Assembly: GCA_963788195.1 (NCBI GenBank) | Contig: CAWBGA010000013.1 | Span: 32,001 to 96,000, forward strand | Reading direction: 5' to 3' | DNA from: Nitrospirota bacterium | Lineage (GTDB): Bacteria; Nitrospirota; Nitrospiria; Nitrospirales; NS-4 | DNA: 64,000 nt | Part shown: piece after piece, positions 41,911 to 52,665 of the stretch | How the letters are laid out: each line of letters begins with the position of its first letter | Numbering within the stretch: position 1 is the stretch's first letter | Position numbers and translations under genes: made by a program | The notes under the pieces: generated by a model | What the model saw: the letters and a program-made list of their open reading frames with translations, nothing else | What the model was told of the DNA's origin: nothing | The model's database searches: none

Positions 41911-42155
41911 GGCCATTACACCCAGCCCGCCCCCGAGCTCGCCAAGACGAGCTCGTCTCTCCCGCGGCCTGAAATCATCGACCCCTTGCAAAGGAAGGCA
42001 ACGGGTGCCCCGGACAGACTCTTTCTTCCCCTGACAAGTTCGTTTCTCCCATTACACTGCAGCCCACCCCGAACTCGCCATTTCACCCGCCCGCCCTGGA
42101 ATCTGCCGGGACAGATTCCTTTGCCCCTGACGAGTTCGTCTCTCCCATGGCCTGA
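41911..42155 (+). repeat. Dispersed modular repeat, copy 6 (most complete)
   Basis: Contains all three modules in tandem. Confidence 0.82.
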
Positions 42156-42253
42156 TGATTATTTAAGGCCGCCGGGATAAGTCGCGCCAGCGCTGAGCCA
42201 CAATCGCTGGTTACGAGCCAAAAGCGCATTGAAAATATGATAATCTCCCACCA

Positions 42254-42853
42254 GTGACCGCTCCGATCGAAACCCGACTCTACCTTATCCGACATGGCGA
42301 AACTCCGCGGTCGGGATTCTGCAATGGCCATCTGGATGTGACCCTCACTTCACAAGGAGTATCAGAGATGGAGGACTTGGCTTCACGCCTCTCTGGCGAG
42401 GGAATCGCAGCCGTGTATGCCAGCGATCTCAGCCGGTCGATTCATAGCGCCGAAATCCTCGGACGCGTCATCGGCCGAAAACCGATCACGGTGCCGCTGT
42501 TACGGGAGAAATGTTTTGGGCAGTGGGAAGGTTTAACTCAAGCAGAGATCCAACGACAGTTCCCAACGGAATGGACAGAATGGATAGCGAACCCCGCGAA
42601 TGCCAAGCCCACCGGTGGCGAGAGTTGTCGCGAGTTGGCTATTCGTGTATTGCCGGTCATAGACGAGATCGTCAAGCAAAATCGTGACGAACGGGTAGCG
42701 ATCGTGGCGCATGGTGGGGTGAACCGCATCCTCCTATGCCATGCGCTAGGCTTGGACTTACGCTACATGGAGCGGATCGCGCAGAAACATGCGGCGCTGA
42801 ATATTATCGAGTTTCTTGAGAACGACGTGATCGTCAGGCTTGTGAATGGGTAA
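42254..42853 (+). CDS. Histidine phosphatase (CobC/PhoE-like)
   Basis: LIRHGET; SDLSR; FGQWEG; VAHGG. Confidence 0.92.
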   Translation: MTAPIETRLYLIRHGETPRSGFCNGHLDVTLTSQGVSEMEDLASRLSGEGIAAVYASDLSRSIHSAEILGRVIGRKPITVPLLREKCFGQWEGLTQAEIQRQFPTEWTEWIANPANAKPTGGESCRELAIRVLPVIDEIVKQNRDERVAIVAHGGVNRILLCHALGLDLRYMERIAQKHAALNIIEFLENDVIVRLVNG

Positions 42854-42863
42854 CCGGCGGGGC

Positions 42864-43073
42864 TTAAACTGCTTTTTTGATTCTGGGGCTTTTGGTAACC
42901 AGGCCGCTTTTGATGCAGTTGGTGCAGACGCGAATCCGGCGCGTCGCGCCGTTGATCAGGGCTCGGACGGTTTGCAGGTTCGGGCGAAACACTCGCTTCG
43001 TCCGGTTATTAGCATGACTCACGGTGTTGCCTACGGAATGACTTTTGCCGCACAGGTCACAAACTCTAGCCAC
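42864..43073 (-). CDS. rpmB: 50S ribosomal protein L28
   Basis: CDLCGK...GNTVSHANNRTKRVFRPNLQ. Confidence 0.97.
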   Translation of the reverse strand: MARVCDLCGKSHSVGNTVSHANNRTKRVFRPNLQTVRALINGATRRIRVCTNCIKSGLVTKSPRIKKAV

Positions 43074-43169
43074 ACAGCACTCCTTGGTCAGTGTTGAAAA
43101 TTCCTCGGAATGCTAGCACAACCGGTGTTCGGTAACAAGACGTCGGCAAAAGGAATTGTCGGCAGATCG

Positions 43170-43330
43170 AGGCCACGGGAAAGAGCCGCTGTCTTGGCAG
43201 CCCCGGGGTGCGGCGGGTGAATAAGATTTGCAGGGTGGGCGGGTGCCAGGGAAATAAGCGGCCGTCTCAGCGGCCGCAGGGTGGCGGGTGAAAAGCGAAA
43301 GACTGTCTTGGCAGTTTCGGGCCGACGGTG
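43170..43330 (-). repeat. Dispersed modular repeat, copy 7 (degenerate)
   Basis: Minus strand CACCCGCC x3; CTGCCAAGACAGCGGCTCTTTCCCGTGGCC. Confidence 0.65.
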
Positions 43331-43356
43331 AGAAGCGATCTCGCGGGGATCGATTA

Positions 43357-44128
43357 TTAGTCGGTCTCGACCAGCAAGTGAGCGCGACGATTCCTTGAGT
43401 AACACACCTCATCGCGGGTCTTTGCAACTCGGCCGTTCCTTACCGTAACTGGTGACGGCGACAACATTGTGGATTCCGAGATCTGAGAGATATTGAAGGG
43501 TTTCCTTGGCGCGTTTCTCTCCCAACGCGAGGTTGTATTCACCGCTGCCGCGTTCATCGCAGTGGCCTTCGATGATGAGCTTCGCCTTGGGATTCTCCCT
43601 CAGAAAGCCCGCGCTTCGAGAAAGATTTTTCTTTCCCTCTTCGGAAAGTCCCCAGCGATCATAGGCAAAGTAGACATCAACAAGCGACTTGCGCCCTTCT
43701 TCGCGTAGTCTCCGCGCCTCTCGGGTTTCCAGCGCCTGAGCGTCAGCCTTTGAAAGCATTGTTGGCCCTGTGCCCACGCCGGATTCTCTTGAGGAGCCCG
43801 GGGTGAAGCCCGTCAGAGGTTGACCATCGGGCCCAAAGCCTGGAAGGGGTCGACCATCGGGGCCGATGGGTGGGTAAAAGCCGGGAAGGGGCCGCCCGTC
43901 CGGGCCCATACGTGGGACATAGCCAGGCAGGGGCTGGCCATCGGACCCGACGCCTGGGGTTCCCGGGGCGTACGTACCGTCCTCTCGCGGCACTGAAGCG
44001 CTTTTGAAGGCGGAGAGTTGACCGCTCTCAGTTCCATCGCATGTGGAGGAGACGTTTTTCGAGGCGCATCCGGTGACGGTCAAGAATACCAGCGCGCTCA
44101 TTGCGATTCCGATTGCTCGTGCGTTCAT
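43357..44128 (-). CDS. Pal/OmpA-family lipoprotein with Pro/Gly repeat linker (frameshift near the C-terminus)
   Basis: Lipobox VTGC; IEGHCDERGSGEYNLALGEKRA; SYGKERP; NRRAH in another frame. Confidence 0.9.
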
Positions 44129-44210
44129 GCTACCCTCATCGAGTTGTGGCGAGAGATTAAGAAGTTATATTAGGTATAACATCTAAAGCTATTAACTCAA
44201 CTCAAAGTGA

Positions 44211-44423
44211 TTATTTCGGGAGCTTCCAGCATCCTAGCCCCATCTCTTCCGGACGTTTCCATCGTGTGTACCGTGTGCGCGATGACATCCAGCGAGAAAT
44301 GAGCGACGAACTCGAACTGCCTATGCCCATGAGGACGAACGCCAGCGAGATGATGAACATGACTTCCACGACGTAGCGGATCAGGGGGTACTGGGTGAGA
44401 AATTCCATGACGACCTCAATCAT
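44211..44423 (-). CDS. Small membrane protein
   Basis: Single hydrophobic segment. Confidence 0.45.
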   Translation of the reverse strand: MIEVVMEFLTQYPLIRYVVEVMFIISLAFVLMGIGSSSSSLISRWMSSRTRYTRWKRPEEMGLGCWKLPK

Positions 44424-44612
44424 ATTAACGTTTCTACATTTCTTTATCGGGTGACTGATCTTCCAGCTTTAGAAAAAACGGCTCCGAGTTTCGTATCCCT
44501 GCTTAGACAAAAAGGAGTCACGATTTGCGACGTGAGAGTCGTCCGGTCGACGGCGGCACTGTAACTCCTTGAAGTCTATGATAAAGTTGCGTGACAATAG
44601 GGCACGCATCGG

Positions 44613-47064
44613 ATGGACCGGCTTAAAGAGATACTTCAGATCATCGATCGCCCGCTGGATTTCGCTGAAGGCGGCGGCTCTCTCGCGCTTAAAGACCTCG
44701 GCAGATTTATCTCCCGGCAGGTGACGGAGGCGCTGGGTGAGCGCGTGCGTCCCCAAGCCACAGAGGCGGCACTGCTGCGTCTTGTGCAACTTTTCTCGGA
44801 TTATGATCAACTCCCGCATGGCCAACGTGCCGCGCGCGTGAAAGAGGCTCGCAGTCTCATCCGAGGTCTCAGTCACGCTCTGGCCCCGCCGACGGTCATG
44901 TCGCCCCCACAGAGTTATCGGCTCTCAGACTATCCAGTGCAGTATGTACGCGGAGTGGGGCCTAAAAAGGCAGAAGCCTTGGCCCAGATTGGAATCCGCA
45001 GCGTGGAAGACGCCGTGTGGATGGTTCCCTGGCGATACGAGGATCGCTCCCAGTTGCGGTCCATCAGCAGTCTGGTTCCCGGTGAAACGGCCATGATCAA
45101 AGCGCGCGTCGAGAACGCCGCCCTGAAGCTGACGCATTACCAGCGCCGTAAACTCATCGAGATGACGGTTGCGGATGGGACGGGCAAGCTTCATCTCACC
45201 TGGTTTAACCAGGCCTATCTCGCCGAGACCTTTCATCCAGGACAGCTGCTGATGCTCTATGGTCAAGTAAGGCCGAAAAATGGTCGCTGGACAGAGCTTC
45301 AGATGGACAATCCGGTCTTTGAGGTTCTCGAGGGGGCTGAGAACGAGCTCGCCAGTGCACCCACCCATCCTGATCTGACGCATATGGGGAGGATCGTGCC
45401 GATTTACCACGGACGGGAAACTAAATCCCGGCTGATGATGAGCGACCGGTTACGCGTAATCATGAAGTTGATCATCGACCATTATGGCCAGGGCGCCATT
45501 GATCCGCTGCCTGCGGACCTGATTCGGCGCCGGGGGCTGCTGCCCTTCGGCACAGCGATTCGGCAAGTCCATTTTCCTGACCCTGGAACGGACATCGAAG
45601 GATTAAATAAGGCCCGGAGCCCAGGACACCGACGCCTCGCGTTCGAGGATTTTCTTCTCTTGGAGCTGGCACTCGGCCAGAAGCGGGAAGAAGTGAAAAA
45701 GGAGTCGCGGGTTTTCACCTATGATCTGGAGTCTCCTCTCCCGAGCCGGCTTCTGGCCGCGCTACCATTCGGTTTGACGGCTGCACAGGCGCGCGTCCTC
45801 GAAGACATCCGGCGGGACATGGCGAGTCCTCATCCGATGAATCGGTTGATTCAAGGAGACGTGGGGTCAGGCAAAACAGTTGTTGCGGTGCTCGCGATAT
45901 TGGCTGCCGTCGGGTCCGGCTATCAGGCGGCGCTCATGGCGCCCACAGAAATTCTGGCCGAACAGCATTATCTGACGCTTCAGCGTCTGCTGAAGCCCCT
46001 CGAGATCTCCTGCCTGTTATTGACTGGCGGCCGTGGGGGCAAAAAACGGGAAGGGAGCGTTGGCGGCGATTGCCGACGGATCTGCAAAGATTATCCTTGG
46101 CACGCACGCGTTGATCCAGCAGGATGTGAGGTTCAAGCAACTCGCGTTGGCGGTGGTGGATGAACAGCACAAATTCGGCGTCTTGCAACGGGCGGTTCTG
46201 AAGGAGAAAGGATACTCGGCGGATGTCCTCGTGATGACCGCGACGCCGATTCCCCGGACATTGGCCCTCACTGTCTATGGGGATCTCGATGTGTCAGTGA
46301 TCGATGCCATGCCTCCGGGGCGGCGCCCGGTTCGTACGCTGCTGTTCGGTGAAAGCCATCGAGCGCGTGCGTACCGCCTTGTCGAGGATGAACTATCCCG
46401 AGGCCGGCAGGCTTATGTGGTGTTCCCGCTTGTTGAGGAGTCTGAGAAAGTCGATTTGCAGGCAGCAATGTCGGAGGCCAAGCGGTTGCAAGAGGAGGTC
46501 TTCCCGAAATGGGTGGTCGGCCTCATTCATGGCCGAATGAAAACCGGGGAAAAGGATCGAGTGATGGCTGCCTTCCAGGAAGGCCGCATTCAGGTGCTGG
46601 TGGCGACGACGGTCATCGAGGTGGGGATCGACATTGCGAACGCCGGTGTCATCCTCATCGAGCATGCCGACCGCTTCGGACTCGCCCAGCTGCATCAGCT
46701 GCGCGGACGGGTCGGCCGGGGGCCCCATCAATCCTATTGCTTCCTGATGGCGCCTCGCCGGCTCACCGAAGAGGGACGGCGACGACTGGAAGCTCTGGTG
46801 AAAAGTCATGACGGCTTCGACATCGCCGAAGAGGATCTGGCCATCCGCGGACCCGGAGAATTCTTCGGCACCCGCCAATGGGGTCCAGCGGATCTTCGTG
46901 TCGCACATCTTATCCGCGATGCCATGATTCTGAACGAAGCCCGGCAAGAGTCTGCAGCTCTGCTACGTGATGATCCCAAACTCGCGCGGGCGGAACACGC
47001 GGAATTGAAGGGCGCCTTGCTGCGTCGCTGGGGCGCCAAGCTCGATCTTGCGAGGATTTCCTGA
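44613..47064 (+). CDS. recG: ATP-dependent DNA helicase RecG (frameshift near 46050)
   Basis: QGDVGSGKT; DEQHKFG; MTATPIPRT; QLRGRVGR. Confidence 0.97.
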
Positions 47065-47378
47065 TGCTTCTTCGATGGCGGCGGTTGCGGCACGATCTAG
47101 TGGCAGGATTCGCCGTGGTACGGCAAGGATCGGCGACCGCCGTGAATCGATCGTTAGAGGAGGTTGAGCTGTTGCGTTTGAAGTTCCGATTGGATGCCGT
47201 GGAAGCGGAAATCAAGGAGCTGTACCGCTCGGCGGGTGAGCGGGCGTTTCACGTTATGGAGCGCGAAACAGGTGGTGTGCTGAAGGAGAAGGAGCTGCTG
47301 CGCCTGTTCGAAAAGATCGATGAACTCGTCCAGGAGGAGAATCGGATCCGATTTGAGATGCAGCAGGTTCGGGATTAG
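47064..47378 (+). CDS. Helical hypothetical protein
   Basis: Start overlaps the recG stop. Confidence 0.65.
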   Translation: MLLRWRRLRHDLVAGFAVVRQGSATAVNRSLEEVELLRLKFRLDAVEAEIKELYRSAGERAFHVMERETGGVLKEKELLRLFEKIDELVQEENRIRFEMQQVRD

Positions 47379-47383
47379 AACCC

Positions 47384-48670
47384 ATGCCTCGTTAGGTCAT
47401 GGGGAAGGAGTCACTCGCTATCAATGGCTCGTGCTCTTCGTCGCCTGGCTCGGATGGGTATTCGATTCCATGGATGCGATGATCTACGCGCTGGTCCTGC
47501 ATCCTGCGCTTCACGATCTGCTTCCCGCAACCTTGGGGCGGGCGGCGACGGATGCCGACATCGGCTGGTACGGTGGCATCATCTTTTCCATCTTCCTCCT
47601 CGGCTGGGCTCTTGGCGGGGTCGTCTTCGGGGTGGTTGCCGATCGCATCGGTCGCACAAAGACCTTGATCATGACTATTTTGATCTATGCGATCTTCACC
47701 GGGATGGCTGCGCTCTCCGAGAGTTGGTGGCATCTCGCGGTGTATCGCTTTCTGACGGCCTTGGGCATCGGCGGCGAGTGGGCCGCAGGCGCGGCGCTCG
47801 TCGCGGAGGTATGGCCCGAGGATAAGCGAGCAAAGGCGGCGGGGATCCTCCAGTCTGCGTGGGCGGCCGGGTTCTTCCTGGCCGCAGCGTGTTACCTGCT
47901 GCTGCGCGATTTTCCCTGGCAAGCGCTATTCCTCGTGGGAGTTGCTCCCGCCTTCGTGGCCCTTCTCGTGCGGCTGTGGGTGAAGGAACCGGATCGGTGG
48001 GTCAAGGCGCATGCGATCGAGGAACAACATGGGGCTCACGCACCGGGCGAAGATCCTTGAGCTGTTCCACGGCCCGCTTCGGCGGTCCACCTTGGTCGGC
48101 GCCTCCTTGGCGTTTGTGGCCGTGTTCGGGTTGTGGGGCGCCACGAATTGGACCCCGACATTGATCAGAGCGCTGCCGGACATGCAGGGGTTGAGTCCCG
48201 TCGACGTCAAAACCTATGTGGTGTATGCCACGATGTCGTTGAACGCCGGCGCGCTCTTGGGATATCTCAGCTTCGGACCCCTCGCTGACCGGTTCGGGCG
48301 GCGGGCGGCATTCGCTGTGATGTGTCTCGGGAGCCTCGTGATGGTGCCCATTACGTATGTCACGCCGCGGGCATATGGGGACGTGATACTGTTGCTCCCC
48401 CTACTGGGATTTTTCAATAATGGCATCTTCAGCGGCTTTCCCATCTATTTGCCGGAGCTCTACCCCACGAGAATTCGCGCCACGGGCGCCGGGTTCTGTT
48501 TTAACGCGGGACGGGTCCTGGCCTCCGCCGGCCCATTAATGACGGGCTTTCTCGTAGCGACGCTGGGCAGCTTTGGACGGGCCGCCAGCGCCGTGGCGTT
48601 GATCTATCTTTTGGGGCTCGCGATCCTGCTATGGGCGCCGGAGACCCGAGGACGGCCGTTACCGGAATGA
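47384..48670 (+). CDS. MFS transporter (frameshift near 48030; start uncertain)
   Basis: GWVFDSMD; ADRIGR; GIGGEW; ELYPTRIRATG. Confidence 0.9.
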
Positions 48671-48880
48671 GCGGCCAGGCCGCACACCTACGTCGTCATT
48701 ATTCCCTCGTTGCATTCAGGCCAACACCATTTCTTTGCCTTCCTGCGGAAAAGGTGGCGCAAAACAGCGGCCGGGCCCACGCCCCTCTTAAGATGCTGCT
48801 CACCCAAGCAAAAATCCGATTTATATTTCAGCGGAACTTGGTGCAAATGTTACTGAACGGTCGATTGCGGAGAAAAACAG

Positions 48881-50422
48881 ATGAGGTTTCTTGCGGTCCA
48901 CCCGAGTGCTCTCATATACACGAAGATCTACCTGCGTCTGGAGCCGCTAGGGTTGGAACTCGTGGCAGCAGCGGTGCGCCGGGCTGGACACGAGGTCCGA
49001 TTGATTGATCTTCAGGTGGAGACCCATAAAGACTTTTTCCATATCTTGGAAACCTGGAAGCCCGATGTCGTCGCGTTCTCTTGCAACTATCTCGCCAACG
49101 TTCCGGAGATCGTCGATCTCGCCAAGCTGGCTAAACGCAGACTTCCCCAGAGTTTTGTGCTGGTTGGCGGGCACAGCGCGTCCTTCATTGCAGGGGAGTT
49201 TCTAGAACATGGCGAAGGTGCCATTGATTGTGTCCTCAAAGGCGAAGGGGAAGCGGCGATTCCGAAGCTTTTACTGGCTGTCGAACACGATCGCGCCGCG
49301 ATCAAAACGGTGCCCGGAGCCGTGACCCTGGAGGGAGAGGGACCTCCTCCGGCTTTCGTGGAGAGTCTCGATGAGCTTTTGCCTGCCCGCGATCTGTTGC
49401 GGCATCGACGGAAGTACTTTATCGGAGTGCTGGACCCGTGCGCCTCAATCGAGTTCACTCGAGGTTGTCCCTGGGATTGTTCCTTCTGTAGCGCGTGGAC
49501 ATTTTACGGTCGCAGTTACCGAGTCGTGAGTCCCGAAAAGGCCGTTGAGGATCTGGAGCGTACGAAAGAGCCCGGGATCTTTATCGTGGATGACGTAGCC
49601 TTTATTCAGGCGAAACATGGATTGGAAATCGGCGAAGCCATCGCGAGGAAAGGCATCAAGAAAAAGTACTATCTGGAGACCCGCGGCGATGTGCTGCTGC
49701 GCAATAAGGACGTGTTCAAGTTCTGGAAGCAGCTTGGCATGGAGTACATGTTCCTGGGTATCGAGGCGATTGACGAAGAAGGACTGCTCAAGCATCGCAA
49801 GCGGACGACCATCGGCAAGAATTTCGAGGCGCTGGAATTCGCGAGATCGCTCGGAATTACGGTCGCGATCAATCTCATTGCCGATCCCGGATGGGACCGG
49901 AAGCGTTTTGAGGTGGTCCGTCAATGGTGTCTGGAGATTCCGGAGATCGTGAACATCAGCGTGAACACTCCGTATCCCGGTACTGAGAGCTGGCAGACGG
50001 AATCCCGAAAGATCCAAACCCGCGATTACCGTCTTTTTGATATTCAGCATGTGGTTCTGCCGACGACGTTGCCGCTGCAGGATTTTTACGAGGAACTGAT
50101 TCAAACCCAACAAGTCTTGAATATGAAACATCTCGGCTGGCAGGCTCTGAAATCTACGGCGAAGCTTGCGATGCGACTTCTGCTCCGGGGTCAGACCAAC
50201 TTCGTCAAAATGCTCTGGAAGTTCAACAGTGTGTTCAACTCGAAGTTACAGCTCGCAGATCACCAGCGACCGGTGAAGTATCACATGAAACTGCCGCACA
50301 GTCACAAAACGGGCAAACCCCAGCCAGTGTATATTCACAAGCCGCATGGGCGTCAGGGCCGGGTGACCGACGATTCGACGGAGCAGTTCATCGAAGAGAC
50401 CCGCATGGGCACAAGCGTATAG
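48881..50422 (+). CDS. hpnR: Hopanoid C-3 methylase (B12-binding radical SAM)
   Basis: MRFLAVHPSAL..TKIYLRLEPLGLE N-terminus; RGCPWDCSFC; LFDIQH. Confidence 0.85.
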   Translation: MRFLAVHPSALIYTKIYLRLEPLGLELVAAAVRRAGHEVRLIDLQVETHKDFFHILETWKPDVVAFSCNYLANVPEIVDLAKLAKRRLPQSFVLVGGHSASFIAGEFLEHGEGAIDCVLKGEGEAAIPKLLLAVEHDRAAIKTVPGAVTLEGEGPPPAFVESLDELLPARDLLRHRRKYFIGVLDPCASIEFTRGCPWDCSFCSAWTFYGRSYRVVSPEKAVEDLERTKEPGIFIVDDVAFIQAKHGLEIGEAIARKGIKKKYYLETRGDVLLRNKDVFKFWKQLGMEYMFLGIEAIDEEGLLKHRKRTTIGKNFEALEFARSLGITVAINLIADPGWDRKRFEVVRQWCLEIPEIVNISVNTPYPGTESWQTESRKIQTRDYRLFDIQHVVLPTTLPLQDFYEELIQTQQVLNMKHLGWQALKSTAKLAMRLLLRGQTNFVKMLWKFNSVFNSKLQLADHQRPVKYHMKLPHSHKTGKPQPVYIHKPHGRQGRVTDDSTEQFIEETRMGTSV

Positions 50423-50535
50423 CGCGTTTTATTGCATTGGTGTGTGCCCCGTGGCTTGCGAACAGCGAGAGAGGACCACGAGAAAAGCGTGGTCCTCTCG
50501 ACGCATTCCGAACTGCGATCCTTTGGTATCGAATC

Positions 50536-50832
50536 TTACCTGAAGGTCAGAACCGCCAGTGCGACAACCGCCAGTACCAACCCACAGAGTGCGACGAAGG
50601 TAAGAATCTGCAGCCGCTTTCGGAGTTGTTGAAGTTGGGTCGTCAGCTCCTCATTGATACGCGATTGGAGTTCCAGCGCCTTCTCCAGTCTTTCGATGCG
50701 TCCTTGAGGATCGTTTTGAACAGAAGGATCCAGGGGTGCCTGTCGTTGCGCCTGATAGCTTCGCACGCCGGAGATGACGTCGGGGATAAGGGGCACGAGC
50801 CACTTCAGGATGGTTGCTAAAGGAAGAGCCAT
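50536..50832 (-). CDS. Coiled-coil protein with C-terminal TM
   Basis: GAGGAGG RBS; heptad segment then hydrophobic tail. Confidence 0.7.
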   Translation of the reverse strand: MALPLATILKWLVPLIPDVISGVRSYQAQRQAPLDPSVQNDPQGRIERLEKALELQSRINEELTTQLQQLRKRLQILTFVALCGLVLAVVALAVLTFR

Positions 50833-51032
50833 CTCACATCCCTCCTCTACACCCGCCGGCCAAGTCCATTCCCGGGAATTGTAACAGGATCAGGATCGGC
50901 TAGCGAACACGCCCGGATTATGTGGGCCTACCGGAGCGTGGTTGACAAGAAAGAAGACACGAGCCGATACTTAATATACCTGGATTAACCGGTCTACATG
51001 CGTCGGCGGGGTCTAAAAAAAAGGAGATTCAT

Positions 51033-51668
51033 ATGGCACTGCGATTGGGAGATGAAGCGCCGAATTTTAAAGCCGAGACGACCGAGGGCCCGATTGACTT
51101 TCATCAATGGCTGGGGGACAGCTGGGGAATTCTGTTCTCCCATCCCAAAGATTTCACGCCGGTGTGCACCACGGAGCTCGGGACCGTCGCGAAGATCATG
51201 CCGGAGTTCAAGAAGCGGAATGTCAAGGTGATCGCCATAAGTGTTGATCCGATGGATGCCCACAAGGGTTGGATCAAAGACATCAATGAGACGCAAAAGT
51301 GCACAGTCAACTACCCGCTGATCGCGGATCCTGAAAAAAAGGTGGCGACGCTGTACGACATGATCCATCCCAATGCTTTGGACAATATGACGGTACGTTC
51401 GGTCTTTATCATCGGGCCGGATAAGAAGATCAAGATGTCCCTCACCTATCCGGCCTCCGCTGGGCGAAACTTCGATGAACTCCTGCGGGTCATTGACTCT
51501 CTACAGCTCACGTCGAAGTACAAGGTGGCGACCCCGGCGAACTGGAAGGATGGGGAGGATTGCATCATCACACCGGCAGTCACCGATGCCGAGATTCCAT
51601 CTCTGTTTCCGAAAGGCCACAGGGCCGTCAAGCCGTACCTTCGCTACACGCCGCAGCCGAACAAGTAA
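51033..51668 (+). CDS. 1-Cys peroxiredoxin (Prx6)
   Basis: FSHPKDFTPVCTTE; GRNFDE; TTGACA-18 bp-GATACT at 50942. Confidence 0.96.
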   Translation: MALRLGDEAPNFKAETTEGPIDFHQWLGDSWGILFSHPKDFTPVCTTELGTVAKIMPEFKKRNVKVIAISVDPMDAHKGWIKDINETQKCTVNYPLIADPEKKVATLYDMIHPNALDNMTVRSVFIIGPDKKIKMSLTYPASAGRNFDELLRVIDSLQLTSKYKVATPANWKDGEDCIITPAVTDAEIPSLFPKGHRAVKPYLRYTPQPNK

Positions 51669-51688
51669 GTTCCTAGGGGTGGCGCAGG

Positions 51689-51763
51689 GGGGACAGGCAA
51701 CTTTTTGGGAACGAACGAATGAGTGGGCTGCGGCATGAATACCTGAAAAAGTAGCCTGTCCCC
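51689..51763. repeat. REP doublet (REPIN-like)
   Basis: GGGGACAGGCAACTTTTT / AAAAAGTAGCCTGTCCCC. Confidence 0.82.
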
Positions 51764-51768
51764 TTGCT

Positions 51769-52530
51769 TTAGTGCGGTATGGCCTTCTTAAAGACGATAT
51801 CTCCATAGTACGCGATCGCCGATTCGCCGGTGTTATCTGTATCGGTCATGATCGCGACGCCTGAGACTAGAGGCGGGTCGCCCCCAAAGGCCAGCCTGTA
51901 GTCCTCAAATACATTGCGCTGCTCGTTGACCCATTGGTTGATGCGTGACGTGCCGCTCTCGACCACGATCATCTTGCTGCGATCCGTATAGGGGCTGGAC
52001 ACGAGAGTCCCCTTGGGAGCCTTGCTTTCCCAGATGTAGTTTAAAGCGGCAAGCGGCGGATAATGGCCGTACACCAGTTTGTATGTCGCAAATTTCGCAC
52101 GCTCAATAAAGCCTACACGACGGGGATCATAGGCAAAAGTGATATACACCCGCGCCGAATAGTCATCGCCCTGCTTTTTCGTAACGTCCCCTTTGTGCAG
52201 CACGTTCGATACTTTCCAGCGCCAACTGAGAATCGGATATTCTCTTAAGTCCACAGTGATCTCACGAATCAGGCCGGATGCAGAGGCATGACTGACAGCC
52301 TTGATGGAGGTCACTTCCTCTTCTTTAGTGACTGTATACATCGTGTGCCGGTCGATCTTCGGGAACGTGAGCGGTTTCCAGGGATCAGGCAGGGTAACTC
52401 CCTCCTGAGCTGCCGAGAACTTTCCAACTTCGAGGACGGAAGGCGATTGAGATTGAACTGGCCATCCCAGACACAGAAGAAAAGCTGTAAAAGGGGACAG
52501 GCTACTTTTCCATGACAGACGTGGACTCAT
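51769..52530 (-). CDS. DUF3047-family secreted protein
   Basis: PILSWRWKV; GDDYSARVYI; LNYIW; AIMTDTDNTG. Confidence 0.9.
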   Translation of the reverse strand: MSPRLSWKSSLSPFTAFLLCLGWPVQSQSPSVLEVGKFSAAQEGVTLPDPWKPLTFPKIDRHTMYTVTKEEEVTSIKAVSHASASGLIREITVDLREYPILSWRWKVSNVLHKGDVTKKQGDDYSARVYITFAYDPRRVGFIERAKFATYKLVYGHYPPLAALNYIWESKAPKGTLVSSPYTDRSKMIVVESGTSRINQWVNEQRNVFEDYRLAFGGDPPLVSGVAIMTDTDNTGESAIAYYGDIVFKKAIPH

Positions 52531-52567
52531 ACTAGCGCTGTTGCAATTGAAAAGTTGCCTGTCCCCT
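52492..52567. repeat. REP doublet (REPIN-like) overlapping the DUF3047 start
   Basis: AGGGGACAGGCTACTTTTC / GAAAAGTTGCCTGTCCCCT. Confidence 0.82.
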
Positions 52568-52665
52568 GAGTTTAGGCCGGCTACTGTTCGAGGATGGACG
52601 CAAACTGGTGTTTGCGGCGAGTAGCGTGATTGAAAAGTTGTCTCTTCCTGCTTGGAGTTTAGCCC

